DNA of 64,000 nucleotides, taken from assembly GCA_041497895.1 (NCBI GenBank), contig JBGQHJ010000001.1, positions 1 to 64,000 of the forward strand, given 5' to 3'. How positions within the stretch are numbered: the stretch's first letter is position 1; every line of letters starts with the position of its first letter. Both the position numbers and the translations under genes were made by a program. This document shows positions 28,699 through 39,520 of this stretch, in pieces. A model generated the notes under the pieces. The model did not search any database. It was given only the letters and a program-made list of their open reading frames with translations, and had not been told where the DNA came from. This stretch comes from Candidatus Methylomirabilia bacterium (lineage in GTDB: Bacteria; Methylomirabilota; Methylomirabilia; Rokubacteriales; CSP1-6).

Positions 28699-30006
28699 CT
28701 AGCCCTCGACGGCGCCCGAGATCTCGAGCGCCCGCCCGCGCGCGCGGGCGACGATCTGCCCGCGCCCGATCGCGAGGACCATCAGGGCGGCGATGAGGCA
28801 GACGAAGCCGGCGCCGGTGAAGGCGATTTGGTAGGAGCCGGACCACGTGCGCACCAGACCGGCGCCGAAGGCCGCGGTCGCCGCGCCCACCTGGTGCGCG
28901 ACCGCGATCCACCCGTACATGATGCCGACCCGGTGCCTGCCGAACAGCGTCTCGCTCAGGCGGACCGTCGGTGGCACGGTGGCGACCCAGTCGAGCCCGT
29001 AGAACACCGTGAACAGGGCCAGGCCGAAGTACTCCGACCCGTAGGCGTAGGGCAGCAGCATGAGCGACAGGCCGCGCAGGCTGTAGTAGCAGAAGAGGAG
29101 CCGCCGGTTGTCCCAGCGATCGGAGAGCCAGCCCGAGATGGTCGTCCCGATCAGGTCGAAGACGCCCATGGCGGCCAGGAGGCCGGCCGCGGTCACCGCG
29201 GAGATCCCGTGGTCCATGGACGCCGGGATCAGATGGGTGCCGATCAGCCCGTTGGTGCTGAGCCCGCAGATGAAGAAGCTGCCGGCCAGGAGCCAGAAGT
29301 CCCGAGAGCGAGCGCCCTCGACGAGGGCGGCGAGCGCGCCGGTGGGGCGCGGCGCCGGGCGCGCCGCGATCACCGCGCCGGCGGGCTCGCCGAAGGCGCG
29401 GAGCCCCACGTCCCGGGGTTGATCGCGCATGAAGAGCGCGACGATCGGGATCAGGAGCAGGGCCAGGCCGGTCACCACGAGCGCGGCCGCGCGCCATCCG
29501 ATGTGCTCCACCACCGCGGCCAGGATCGGGAGGAAGATCAGCTGCCCGGTGGCGGCGCTCGCGGTGAGGACGCCGATCACGAGCCCGCGTCGCGCCACGA
29601 ACCAGCGGTTCGCGATGGTGGCGGCCAGCACCATCGCCATGGCCCCGGTCCCGATGCCCACCACGACGCCCCACAGCAAGACGAGCTGCCACGGCGCCCG
29701 CATCACGGTGGTGAGGGCCACGCCGGTCGTCACCGCCACCAGCGAGAGCAGCGTCACGCGCCGGACTCCCAGGCGCTCCATCAGGGCCGCCGCGAAGGGC
29801 CCGCAGAGGCCGTAGAGCAGGAGGTTCACCGACACCGCGAACGAGATGGTGGCCCGGCTCCACCCGAAGCTCTGCTCGAGCGGGACGATGAGCACGCCCG
29901 GAGTGGCCCGGATGGCGGCCGCGGTCACGAGGATGAGGGAGGTGACCCCGGCGATGATCCAGGCGTAGTGCACGCGCCCGCGGGCCAGCCGGTCGGAGAG
30001 GCTCAT
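28699..30006 (-). CDS. MFS transporter
   Basis: HYAWII..FGWSRATIS..NRWFVARRGL..FFICGLSTNGLIGTH..LDWVATVPPT; 12-TM pattern. Confidence 0.9.
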   Translation of the reverse strand: MSLSDRLARGRVHYAWIIAGVTSLILVTAAAIRATPGVLIVPLEQSFGWSRATISFAVSVNLLLYGLCGPFAAALMERLGVRRVTLLSLVAVTTGVALTTVMRAPWQLVLLWGVVVGIGTGAMAMVLAATIANRWFVARRGLVIGVLTASAATGQLIFLPILAAVVEHIGWRAAALVVTGLALLLIPIVALFMRDQPRDVGLRAFGEPAGAVIAARPAPRPTGALAALVEGARSRDFWLLAGSFFICGLSTNGLIGTHLIPASMDHGISAVTAAGLLAAMGVFDLIGTTISGWLSDRWDNRRLLFCYYSLRGLSLMLLPYAYGSEYFGLALFTVFYGLDWVATVPPTVRLSETLFGRHRVGIMYGWIAVAHQVGAATAAFGAGLVRTWSGSYQIAFTGAGFVCLIAALMVLAIGRGQIVARARGRALEISGAVEG

Positions 30007-30071
30007 CGGAGATCAGGATAATACATGTATATGCATTCTGCCCGGGAAACGAGGAGGCCGCGGCCGGGGGC

Positions 30072-30107
30072 TTGACATCGCTTCTGTAGTTTCATATATT
30101 TCGAACT
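30072..30107 (+). promoter_or_regulatory. sigma70 promoter TTGACA-N17-TATATT with overlapping imperfect inverted repeat (probable ArsR operator); leaderless
   Basis: The -10 ends 7 nt before the arsR ATG; TAGTT..AACTA inverted repeat spans the -10. Confidence 0.75.
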
Positions 30108-30416
30108 ATGAAGACCATCGTCCGCGTGCCGCCGGCCCGGCTCGAGGCCTCCCAGGAGCACGTGGAGGCGTTCAAGGCCCTCGCCCACCTCACCCGGCTG
30201 CAGGTGTTCTTCTTCCTGGTGCGGGCGGGCAAGGAGATGTCGGTGGGCGAGATCCAGGAGGAGGTCGAGATCCCCGGGCCGACGCTGTCGCATCACCTGG
30301 ACCAGCTGCGCCGCGCCGGGCTGGTCGAGAGCCGGAAGGAAGAGCGGTACGTCTACTATTCCGTGAAGCGGGACCAGGTGACGGCGCTGGTGCGTCTGCT
30401 CACCGCCTGCTGCTAA
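30108..30416 (+). CDS. arsR: ArsR-family arsenic-responsive repressor
   Basis: FKALAHLTRLQV..TLSHHLDQLRRAGLV; C-terminal CC. Confidence 0.85.
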   Translation: MKTIVRVPPARLEASQEHVEAFKALAHLTRLQVFFFLVRAGKEMSVGEIQEEVEIPGPTLSHHLDQLRRAGLVESRKEERYVYYSVKRDQVTALVRLLTACC

Positions 30417-30430
30417 CCGAGGAGAACACC

Positions 30431-30889
30431 ATGAGCGCCCCCACCAATGTGAAGGTCCATCTGCACATGCACGTATCCGACCTGGCCAAGAGCCGCGAGT
30501 TCTACGAGAAGTTCCTCGGCGCGGCGCCGGTGAAGATCAAGCCGGGCTACGCCAAGTTCCTGCCCGACTGGGCGCCGGTCAACCTCGCGCTGTCCGGCGG
30601 GGGTTCCGCGAGCGAGGGCACCGTGAACCACGTCGGCGTCCAGGTGGACGCGGTGGACACCGTCATGGCCCACCTGGCCCGCGTCAAGGCGGCCGGGCTG
30701 CCGGTGCGCGAGGAGATGGGGGTCAACTGCTGCCACGCCAACCAGGACAAGTTCTGGGTCCGCGATCCGGACGGGGTGGAGTGGGAGGTCTACCACCTGA
30801 ACTACGACCTCGAGGGGGACGAGGACGCCCCCCGGGCCAAGAGCGGGAGCTTCCCGATGGCCAAGGGCAACGCCTGCTGCGCGTCCTGA
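30431..30889 (+). CDS. arsI: ArsI/CadI-family VOC enzyme (probable C-As lyase)
   Basis: HLHMHVSDL..PGYAKF..NHVGVQV..NCCHANQDKFWVRDPDGVEWEVY; terminal CC. Confidence 0.8.
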   Translation: MSAPTNVKVHLHMHVSDLAKSREFYEKFLGAAPVKIKPGYAKFLPDWAPVNLALSGGGSASEGTVNHVGVQVDAVDTVMAHLARVKAAGLPVREEMGVNCCHANQDKFWVRDPDGVEWEVYHLNYDLEGDEDAPRAKSGSFPMAKGNACCAS

Positions 30890-30912
30890 GCGCAGACACG
30901 CCAAGGAGGGGA

Positions 30913-31734
30913 ATGATGGCAGACCAGGAGATCAAGGACATCGTGAAGGACAGGTACGCGCGCGCGGCGCTCCGGGTGACCGCGGGCGAGGGCTCGTGTT
31001 GCGGCACCGCCTCCTCGCGGGGTGAGTGCGATCCGATCACCTCGCGGATCTACTCCGAAGGAGAGACCGCCGAGCTGCCGGCCGAGGCGCGGGCCGCGTC
31101 CCTCGGCTGCGGCAACCCCACCGCGCTCGCCGAGCTCGCGCCGGGCGAGACGGTGCTCGATCTGGGCTCCGGAGGGGGCATCGACGTCCTCCTGTCCGCG
31201 AAGCGGGTGGGCCCGAGCGGCCGGGCCTACGGGCTCGACATGACCGACGAGATGCTGGCCCTCGCCCGGGAGAACCAGCGCAAGGCGGGCGCCACCAACG
31301 TGGAGTTCCTCAAGGGCGAGATCGAGCAGATCCCGCTCCCGTCGGGCTCGGTGGACGTCATCATCTCGAACTGCGTGATCAATCTCTCGGCCGACAAGGA
31401 CCGGGTGCTCGCGGAGGCCTTCCGCGTGCTCAAGCCGGGCGGGCGCCTGGCGGTGTCGGACGTGGTGGTGCGAGGCCCGATCCCGACCCAGATCCGCCGC
31501 AGCGTCGAGCTCTGGATCGGCTGCGTGGCCGGCGCGCTGGAGGAGCAGGAGTATCGCGACAAGCTCGCCCGGGCCGGGTTCGAGGCCGTCGATGTCGAGC
31601 CGACGCGGATCTACCGGGTGGAGGACGCGCGGGAGTTCCTGGAGGGCGCCGGGCTCGACGTGAACGCGATCGCGCCCCAGGTCGACGGCAAGTTCATGAG
31701 CGCGTTCGTGCGGGCCCGGAAGCCGGCGCGCTGA
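30913..31734 (+). CDS. arsM: arsenite S-adenosylmethionine methyltransferase
   Basis: [39 protein letters not shown]. Confidence 0.92.
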   Translation: MMADQEIKDIVKDRYARAALRVTAGEGSCCGTASSRGECDPITSRIYSEGETAELPAEARAASLGCGNPTALAELAPGETVLDLGSGGGIDVLLSAKRVGPSGRAYGLDMTDEMLALARENQRKAGATNVEFLKGEIEQIPLPSGSVDVIISNCVINLSADKDRVLAEAFRVLKPGGRLAVSDVVVRGPIPTQIRRSVELWIGCVAGALEEQEYRDKLARAGFEAVDVEPTRIYRVEDAREFLEGAGLDVNAIAPQVDGKFMSAFVRARKPAR

Positions 31735-32960
31735 CACCCGCCCGCCTCGTCTCTCTCGTCTGCGCGGCCCAGGTGTGCGCCCAGATCGGCGCGTACACCT
31801 GGCCCGCGCTGCTTCCCGGGTTCATCGCGGAGTGGCATCTCACGAACCGCGAGGCCGGCTGGATCACCGGCATCTTCTACGCCGCGTACACGCTCGCGGT
31901 TCCCATCCTGGTCACGCTCACCGACCGCGTGGACGCCCGCAAGGTCTACCTCGCGGGCGTCGCGCTGACCATCGCGAGCCACCTCGGGTTCGCCGTCTTC
32001 GCCGACGGGTTCTGGAGCGCGGCGGTGGCGCGGGCGCTCGCCGGGGTGGGCTGGGCGGGCACCTACATGACCGGGCTCAAGCTGCTGGCGGACCGGGTCG
32101 AGCCCACGCTGATGTCCCGGGCGGTGGCCGGACACGCGGCGAGCATCGGCATCGCGGGCGCGCTCTCCTTCGTGTTCGCGGGTGCGCTCGGCCAGTGGCT
32201 CGGGTGGCGCGGCGCGTTCACCGCGGCCGGGCTCGCCGCGGTCACGGCCTGGCTCATCGTGTTTCTCTGGGCTCCGCCGCGGGCGCGCCGCGCCGTCGGT
32301 GCGCCGGCCGGCCGGCTCTTCGACTTCCGGCCGGTCCTCCGGAACCGATCCGCCATGGCCTACGCGCTCGCCTACTGCGCCCACACCTGGGAGATGAACT
32401 CGCTGCGAGGCTGGGCGGTCGCGTTCCTGGCCTACGTGGTGGCGACCACCGGGGCGGGTCGCCCGTGGATCGCGCCGGCGGTGGTGGCGATGACGATGGG
32501 GCTCGTCGGGACGTGGGCCAGCGTGATGGGCAACGAGGCGTCGATCCGCCTCGGGCGCCAGCGCCTGGTGCGCCTGGCCATGACCACGTCCATGGTCTGC
32601 GCGGCCGGCGTCGGCTTCCTCGGCGTGCGCTCGTACGCGCTCGCCGCCGCGCTCGTGCTGATCTACGGCCTGCTGATCTGGCTCGACTCCTCCTCGCTCA
32701 CCGCGGGCGCGGCGGGCAGCGCCGATCCGGCGCGCCGCGGCGCCACGCTGGCGCTGCACTCGATGGCCGGCTACGGGGGCGGGTTCGTGGGGCCGATCGC
32801 GATTGGCTGGATCCTCGACCTCGCGGGCGGCATGTCGCGGCTGGGATGGGGGCTCGCGTTCCTGCACGTGGCGGTGATCGGGCTCCTCGGCCAGCTCGCG
32901 TTCATCGTGCTGGCGCCGCGCGACCTGGCGGGCGACCGGAGCCGCGCGGTCGCCCGCTGA
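31731..32960 (+). CDS. MFS transporter; probable CTG start overlapping the arsM stop
   Basis: LTDRVDARK, LAGVGWAGTY, HTWEMNS; the frame begins at CTGA 31731. Confidence 0.8.
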   Translation: MTPARLVSLVCAAQVCAQIGAYTWPALLPGFIAEWHLTNREAGWITGIFYAAYTLAVPILVTLTDRVDARKVYLAGVALTIASHLGFAVFADGFWSAAVARALAGVGWAGTYMTGLKLLADRVEPTLMSRAVAGHAASIGIAGALSFVFAGALGQWLGWRGAFTAAGLAAVTAWLIVFLWAPPRARRAVGAPAGRLFDFRPVLRNRSAMAYALAYCAHTWEMNSLRGWAVAFLAYVVATTGAGRPWIAPAVVAMTMGLVGTWASVMGNEASIRLGRQRLVRLAMTTSMVCAAGVGFLGVRSYALAAALVLIYGLLIWLDSSSLTAGAAGSADPARRGATLALHSMAGYGGGFVGPIAIGWILDLAGGMSRLGWGLAFLHVAVIGLLGQLAFIVLAPRDLAGDRSRAVAR

Positions 32961-33009
32961 CGCTCGTCCGCGGTCCCGGACGCGGGCGCCGTGGCATAAT
33001 CCCGTCGCG

Positions 33010-33857
33010 ATGAAGCCCGCACCCTTCCGCTACGTCCGTCCCGCCACCGCCGCGGAGGCGGTCGCCCTGCTCGCGTCGAGCCCGGGGGAGACGAAGCTGC
33101 TCGCGGGCGGCCAGAGCCTCGTGCCGCTGCTCAACATGCGCCTGGTCCGCCCCGCGGTGCTCGTCGACCTCAACGGCGCGCGCGAGCTCGAGCGGATCGA
33201 CGTCGGGCCGCGCGGCGGACTCGTGCTGGGGGCGCTGGTGCGTCACGCGGACCTGGCGGCCGCGCCGCTCGTGCGCGAGCGGGCGCCGCTGCTCGCCGAG
33301 GCGGCGCGCCACGTGGGCCACCCCGCGATCCGGAACCGGGGCACGCTCGGCGGAAGCCTCGCGCACGCCGACCCGGCGGCGGAGCTACCCGCCGCACTGC
33401 TGGCCCTCGACGCCACCCTCGGCCTGCTGGGACCGCGGGGGATGCGCCGGGTCGCCGTCGCCGACTTCTTCCGCGGGCTCCTCGCCACCGTGCTCGCCGA
33501 CGACGAGCTGCTCGCCGAGGTGACCGTCCCGGCGGCCCCGCGCGGCTGGGGCTTCGGCGAGATCGCGCGCCGCCCCGGCGATTTCGCGCTGGCCGGCGTC
33601 GCGGCCTCGCTCGACGCGGAGGGTCACGCGCGCGTGGTGGGATTCGCCGTGGCGGACCGGCCGGTCCGCCTGCGCGCGGCCGAGGCGCTCGCGGCGGCGG
33701 CCCCGCGCGACGAGACGATCCCGGCGCGCGCGGGGAGGGCGGCCGCCGCGGACTGCGCCCCGGCCGGCGACGTCCACGCCTCGGCGGACTACCGGCGCCA
33801 CCTCGCCACCGTGCTGACCGAGGACGCGCTGCGCGCCGCGGTCGGACGCCTCCGCGC

Positions 33858-33861
<4 letters not shown>
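33010..33861 (+). CDS. xanthine dehydrogenase-family FAD subunit (CoxM-like)
   Basis: MKPAPFRY, LAGGQSL, IRNRGTLGGSL. Confidence 0.9.
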
Positions 33862-34357
<496 letters not shown>

Positions 34358-34361
<4 letters not shown>

Positions 34362-36760
34362 GCGAGCCCGGCGGCGGCTGGGTCGGCGTCGCGCTGCCGC
34401 TCAAGGAGGACGCGCGCCTGGTCGCCGGGCGCGGCCGATTCCTGGACGACCTCGGCCGCCCGCGCCTGCTCCACGCGGCCATGCTCCGGAGCCCGCACGC
34501 CCACGCGCGCATCGTGCGCCTGGACGCGAGCGCGGCCGCCACGATGCCCGGCGTCCTGGCCGTCCTCACCGGGGCCGACGCGGCGGCCCGCTCGGGGCCG
34601 ATCCGGCCGCTCATCCCCACCACCGCCGCGGTGCCCGATCACTGCCTGGCGGTGGACCGCGTGCGCTACGTGGGCGAGCCGGTCGCGGCGGTGGCCGCGG
34701 TCGACCGCGCTACCGCCGAGGACGCGCTCGAGCGCATCCGCGTCGAGTACGCGCCGCTGCCCGCGGTCGTCGATCCGGAGGCCGCGATGCGGCTGGACGC
34801 GCCGCTGCTCTACCCCGCGCTCGGCACCAACGTGGTCTGGCACGACGCGCTCACCTACGGCGACGTGGACGGCGCGCTGGCCCGGGCCGACGGGGTCCTG
34901 CGCGAGCGCTTCGCCATCCAGCGCTACGCCTCGACCCCGCTCGAGACCTTCGGGGCCATCGCGGAGTACGACGCGGGCACCGACGCCTTCGAGTTCTGGA
35001 CCAACGACCAGCGCCCGGGGCTCACCATCTCGATCCTGGCCGCCTCGCTCGGCGTGCCCCAGTCGCGCGTGCGCCTGCACTGCCCCGACATCGGCGGGGC
35101 CTTCGGCAACAAGCGGCGGCCGGCCTACCTCCTGGTCTGCGCGCTGCTGGCCCGCGCGGCCGGCCGGCCGGTGAAGTGGATCGAGGACCGCATCGAGAAC
35201 CTCACCGCGCTGATGCACGCCTGCAACGGAGTGATGGACGTCGAGCTCGCCTACCGGGCCGACGGCACCCTGCTCGCGCTGAGCGTCCGCGACGTCGCGG
35301 ACGAGGGCAAGAACCTGCTCACCCCGACCCAGCACAACCTGATCAAGCTCGGCAACATCGTCAACGGCTACCGGATCCCGGCGGTGCGGTACGAGGCGTG
35401 GTCGGTCCTCACCAACAAGTGCCCGAGTGGGGCCAACCGGGGCATCGGCAAGCCGTTCATGTGCTTCGCGGTCGAGCGGGCCATGACGCTGCTGGCCCGG
35501 CGGCTGGACCTCGATCCGGCGGAGCTGCGCCTCCGCAACTACGTCACCGCCGACCAGATGCCCTACACCACCCCGACGGGAGCCGAGTACGACAGCGGGG
35601 ACTACCCGGCCACGCTGCGCTTGGCGCTCGACCGCTTCGACTACGCGGGCTGGCGGACGGAGCAGGCCCACGCGCGCGCCGAGGGACGCCTGCTCGGCAT
35701 CGGCATCGCGACCTCGGTGGAGCCGGCGGGCACCAACCTCGCCTCCTACGAGCTGGTGACCGGGCGGCGCGCCGCGTCGGGCTCGGCGGAGGCGGCGATG
35801 GTGCGGGTGGAGCCCGACGGGCAGGTGCGGGTGAGTCTGGGCGACCCGTCGAGCGGCCAGGGCTACGAGACGGTGGTGGCGCAGATCGTGGCCGACGAGC
35901 TGGGGGTGACCCCGGAGGCGGTCAGCGTCGCCCGCGGCTTCGACTCGGCGACCACGCCCTGGCTCTACCTCTCCGGGAACTACTCCAACAAGTTCTCGGT
36001 GACCGACGTGGGCGCGGTGGTGGGCGCGGCCGCGCGGGTGCGCGCCAAGCTGCTGCGGATCGCCGCGCATCGCCTGGAGATCGACGTGGCCGACCTCGAG
36101 CTGCGTGACGGCGCCGCGGTCGTACGCGGCGCGCCGGACCGGCGGCTCGCCATCGCGGAGCTGGCCCGTACCGCCTACGCCGACGTGCTGGGCCTGCCGC
36201 CCGGGGAGGACCCGGGCCTGGAGGCGCACCACATCCACCAGAACCCGCTCGCCCGGCCGGTCGACGCGAACCGACGCGTGCGCTCGCAGCTCGTGTTCGC
36301 CAATGCGGCCCACTGCTGCCTCGTCGAGATCGATCCCCGCACCGGCGGGATCACGCTGCGGAAGTACGTGGTGGTCCACGACTGCGGTCGCGAGCTCAAC
36401 CCCCTGATCGTCGAGGGCATGGTGCACGGGTCCACGGTGCACGGCATCGGCGCCGCGCTCCTCGAGGAGTTCCGCTACGACGAGGCCGGCCAGCTTCTCA
36501 CGTCGACCTTCATGGACTACCTCAAACCCACCGCGGCCGACGTGCCCACCATCGAGGTCGACCGGCTCGAGCACCCGTCGCCGGTCACGCCGCTCGGCGC
36601 CAAGGGCGTGGGGGAGGGCGGCTCGATCCCGGGTCCGGCCGCGGTCGCCAACGCGGTCGAGGACGCGCTCGCGCACCTGGGGGTCGTGGTGCGCTCGCTG
36701 CCGATCACGCCGGAGCAGGTCTGGCGCTGGCTGAGCGCGTCCGGGCCGGGCGGGCCATGA
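34358..36760 (+). CDS. xanthine dehydrogenase-family Mo-binding subunit (CoxL-like)
   Basis: RSPHAHA, IGGAFGNK, ANRGIGKP, GQGYET, GAKGVGEGG. Confidence 0.9.
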
Positions 36761-37773
36761 CGGCGGCCGGGCGGTGGCTCGCGCGGCGCCACTTCCTCGG
36801 CACGCTCGGCGTCCTCGCCCTCTCCGCGCCGGCCATCGGGAGAGCGCAGCCCGCGGGCCGCACCCCGCACGTCGCGGTGCTCGACCCCGGCAGTGCCACC
36901 GAGGCGCCCGCGGTGCAGCGCGCGCCGTTCGAGCGCGGACTCCGCGAGCTGGGCTGGCTGCCCGGCGCGACGGTCGTGATCGAGTACGTGTACGGCGACG
37001 GGAGCGCCAGCCAGCTCACGGCGGTGGTCGCCGACCTGGTCCAGCGGAGCGTCGAGGTCATCGTGGCGCGCGGCCCGGTGGCCATCCGCGCCGCCCGCGC
37101 GGCGACCGCCACCGTCCCGATCGTGATGTCGGCGGCCGACGATCCGATCGCCGATGGCTTCGTCGCCACCCTCGCCCGCCCGGGCGGCAACGTGACCGGC
37201 ATCGCCGACATCGTCTCGGACCTGGACGCCAAGCGCCTCGAGCTGCTCCAGGAGGCGATCCCCGGGCTCGCGCGCGTCGCGGTCCTGACGAATCCGACCA
37301 TGCGGCCCGGCCGCAACCGCGAGCTGATCGCGGGGCTCCTCGCCGCCGCGCGTGGGCGGCGCATCGAGCTGCAGATCTTCGAGGTCACCCGCACGGAGGA
37401 GATCGCGGGGGCCTTCGCCGCCATCGGTAGAGCCCGGGTGGGTGCACTGCTGGTGCGGGCCGACAGTCAGGTCCTCGAGCCCAACCGCTCCATGCTCGTC
37501 GTGATGGCGATCCGGCACGGGTTGCCCGCGATGTACCCGTGGCACTTCTACGCGGAGCTGGGCGGGCTCATGTCGTACGCGAGCAGCATCGCCGGCCTTC
37601 ACCAGCGAGCCGCGATGTACGTGGACCGCATCCTGAAGGGCGCGCGGCCGGCCGACCTGCCCGTGGAGCGCCCGATGACGTTCGAGCTGATGATCAACCT
37701 GAAGACCGCCGGGCTGATGGGGCTCACCCTCCCGCCGTCGCTGCTGGCCCGGGCCGACGAGGTCATCCAGTAG
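36757..37773 (+). CDS. orphan ABC transporter substrate-binding protein (ABC_sub_bind-like)
   Basis: ARRHFL signal, LARPGGNVTG, KRLELL, GLTLPPSLLARADEVIQ. Confidence 0.88.
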   Translation: MTAAGRWLARRHFLGTLGVLALSAPAIGRAQPAGRTPHVAVLDPGSATEAPAVQRAPFERGLRELGWLPGATVVIEYVYGDGSASQLTAVVADLVQRSVEVIVARGPVAIRAARAATATVPIVMSAADDPIADGFVATLARPGGNVTGIADIVSDLDAKRLELLQEAIPGLARVAVLTNPTMRPGRNRELIAGLLAAARGRRIELQIFEVTRTEEIAGAFAAIGRARVGALLVRADSQVLEPNRSMLVVMAIRHGLPAMYPWHFYAELGGLMSYASSIAGLHQRAAMYVDRILKGARPADLPVERPMTFELMINLKTAGLMGLTLPPSLLARADEVIQ

Positions 37774-37799
37774 CGGCCCCGGGGCCGGCGCGCGCGGAG

Positions 37800-38690
37800 T
37801 CAGATCCGAGGAGTCAGGGTGATCGCGGTCTCGAGCGTCGCGCCCGGATCGATGACCTGCCGGCCGGTGTCCGCGCGCCCCGCGTCGGCCAGGTTGAAGG
37901 CGTCGGTCACGTGGCTGACCGGCTCCGCGCAGAAGAAGGGTCGGCCCGGCGGGGCGAAGATCACCAGGTAGTCGAGCGGCGGCCGGGCGGTCATGGCGAG
38001 GCTCGCGCCGCTTTCGGGCCACTCGATGATCGCGCGACGGGTCCAGCCCACGAAGCAGTGGTCGAGGGCCACCGTGTCCACCGCCACCCCGCGCGACGGG
38101 TCGGCGGGAGCCGTCGGCGAGGCCAGCGCGGTCGGCATCATCTCCTCGTCGGTCAGCCAGACCGCGCGGACGGTGGCGGTGATCGTCGCGCGCGGCGTGC
38201 GGGGGAAGTACGGGTGCCAGCCGAGCCCGGCCGGCATCGGGGCGTCGCCCTCGTTGGTGAGGGTCAGCGCCACCGTGAGGCTCGTGGGCGTGAGGGCGAA
38301 GTGCTGGGTCGCGCGGTATGGCCACGGCCAGTCCGAGGCGGCATGGCGACACTCGAGCCGTGCCTCGGCCGGCCCCACGTGGACGGAGCGCCAGGCCGAT
38401 TGCCAGCCGTGGCCGTGAATGGCGTGGCGCTCCGGCGGCCGGTTCAGCGGCAGCACGACGGCGCGGTTGCGAAAGGTGAAGCGACCCTCGCGGATACGAT
38501 TGGAGTAGGGCACGAGCGGGAAGGCGGAGGCGAGATCGGGATGGCGGTCGCGCCCCGCGTCCGCCGGCATCGGGCGCAGCCACTCCCACGTCGTGCCGTC
38601 GCGCTCGAGCCAGTAGCGGGTGACCGCGCCCCCGAACGCCGGCGCGACGGTGAGGCCGACGCCGTCCGCCCGCAGGGTGATCAGCTCCAT
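37800..38690 (-). CDS. aldose 1-epimerase family protein
   Basis: LVPYSNRI, AIHGHGW, GWHPYF, FCAEPVSH. Confidence 0.88.
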   Translation of the reverse strand: MELITLRADGVGLTVAPAFGGAVTRYWLERDGTTWEWLRPMPADAGRDRHPDLASAFPLVPYSNRIREGRFTFRNRAVVLPLNRPPERHAIHGHGWQSAWRSVHVGPAEARLECRHAASDWPWPYRATQHFALTPTSLTVALTLTNEGDAPMPAGLGWHPYFPRTPRATITATVRAVWLTDEEMMPTALASPTAPADPSRGVAVDTVALDHCFVGWTRRAIIEWPESGASLAMTARPPLDYLVIFAPPGRPFFCAEPVSHVTDAFNLADAGRADTGRQVIDPGATLETAITLTPRI

Positions 38691-38717
38691 CGCGCGCGCC
38701 GGCGAGACCCGGCTCGG

Positions 38718-39422
38718 CTACTCTTCCACCGCCCCGCCGATGGATCGCAGGTGCTCGCGGAAGCCGTAGGCGGGATCCATCGCCCGCCGCGCCAGGTATT
38801 GCTTGAACGCGGTCAGCTCCCGCAGGCTCCGGCCGCCGCGCATGTCGTCGGCCTGTCGCCGCTCCGTCGTGCGCACGACCTCGGGGGCGGCCACGATCTC
38901 GGCCAGCCGGTCGCCCGGGAGGAAGATGGCGCCATCCGCGTCGGCCACCACGACGTCGTCCGGACCGACCATGAAGGTGCCCACGGCGGCCCGCTCGAGG
39001 CAGTCCGGAGGTCGCCGGTCGAGCCGCCGCGGTCCGGTCGAGAGCGCCCCGAGCGAGAAGCAGGGGAGCCCGATCTCCACGAGCTCGGTCGTATCCCGGT
39101 GCAGTCCCCAGATCACGATGCCGGCGAGGCCCGCCATCTTGACCTCCAGGGCCACGAGATCGCCGACGCACGCCTCGTCGAGCCGTCCGCCGTTGTCGAC
39201 GACGAGCACCTGCCCGGGCGCGGCCGTCTCGAGGGCTTCGAGGAAGATGTCCACGCTGCCGACGTGGCGCGCCGGGCGCACGCGCCCCGCGCACCGCGTG
39301 CCCGGCGCGATCGGCCGCACGCCCGCCGGCGCGCACCGGACGGGAACGCCGGTCCGGAGACAGCCGTCGGCCAGGTGCGGGGTGCTGAGGTGACCCAACG
39401 ATCCGACCAGCGGCGTGTCCAT
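38718..39422 (-). CDS. RraA-family / HMG-aldolase-like protein
   Basis: VLVVDNGG..ACVGDLV..WGLHRD..DVVVADADG. Confidence 0.8.
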   Translation of the reverse strand: MDTPLVGSLGHLSTPHLADGCLRTGVPVRCAPAGVRPIAPGTRCAGRVRPARHVGSVDIFLEALETAAPGQVLVVDNGGRLDEACVGDLVALEVKMAGLAGIVIWGLHRDTTELVEIGLPCFSLGALSTGPRRLDRRPPDCLERAAVGTFMVGPDDVVVADADGAIFLPGDRLAEIVAAPEVVRTTERRQADDMRGGRSLRELTAFKQYLARRAMDPAYGFREHLRSIGGAVEE

Positions 39423-39520
39423 CGGCGCGTTCCTCGATTGTATTCTAGTCTCGTGCCGACGCCCGGCGCGCGACATTCACCTCGATCGATGCTCACTCGC
39501 GTGGGCGCGGGAGGGCGCTC

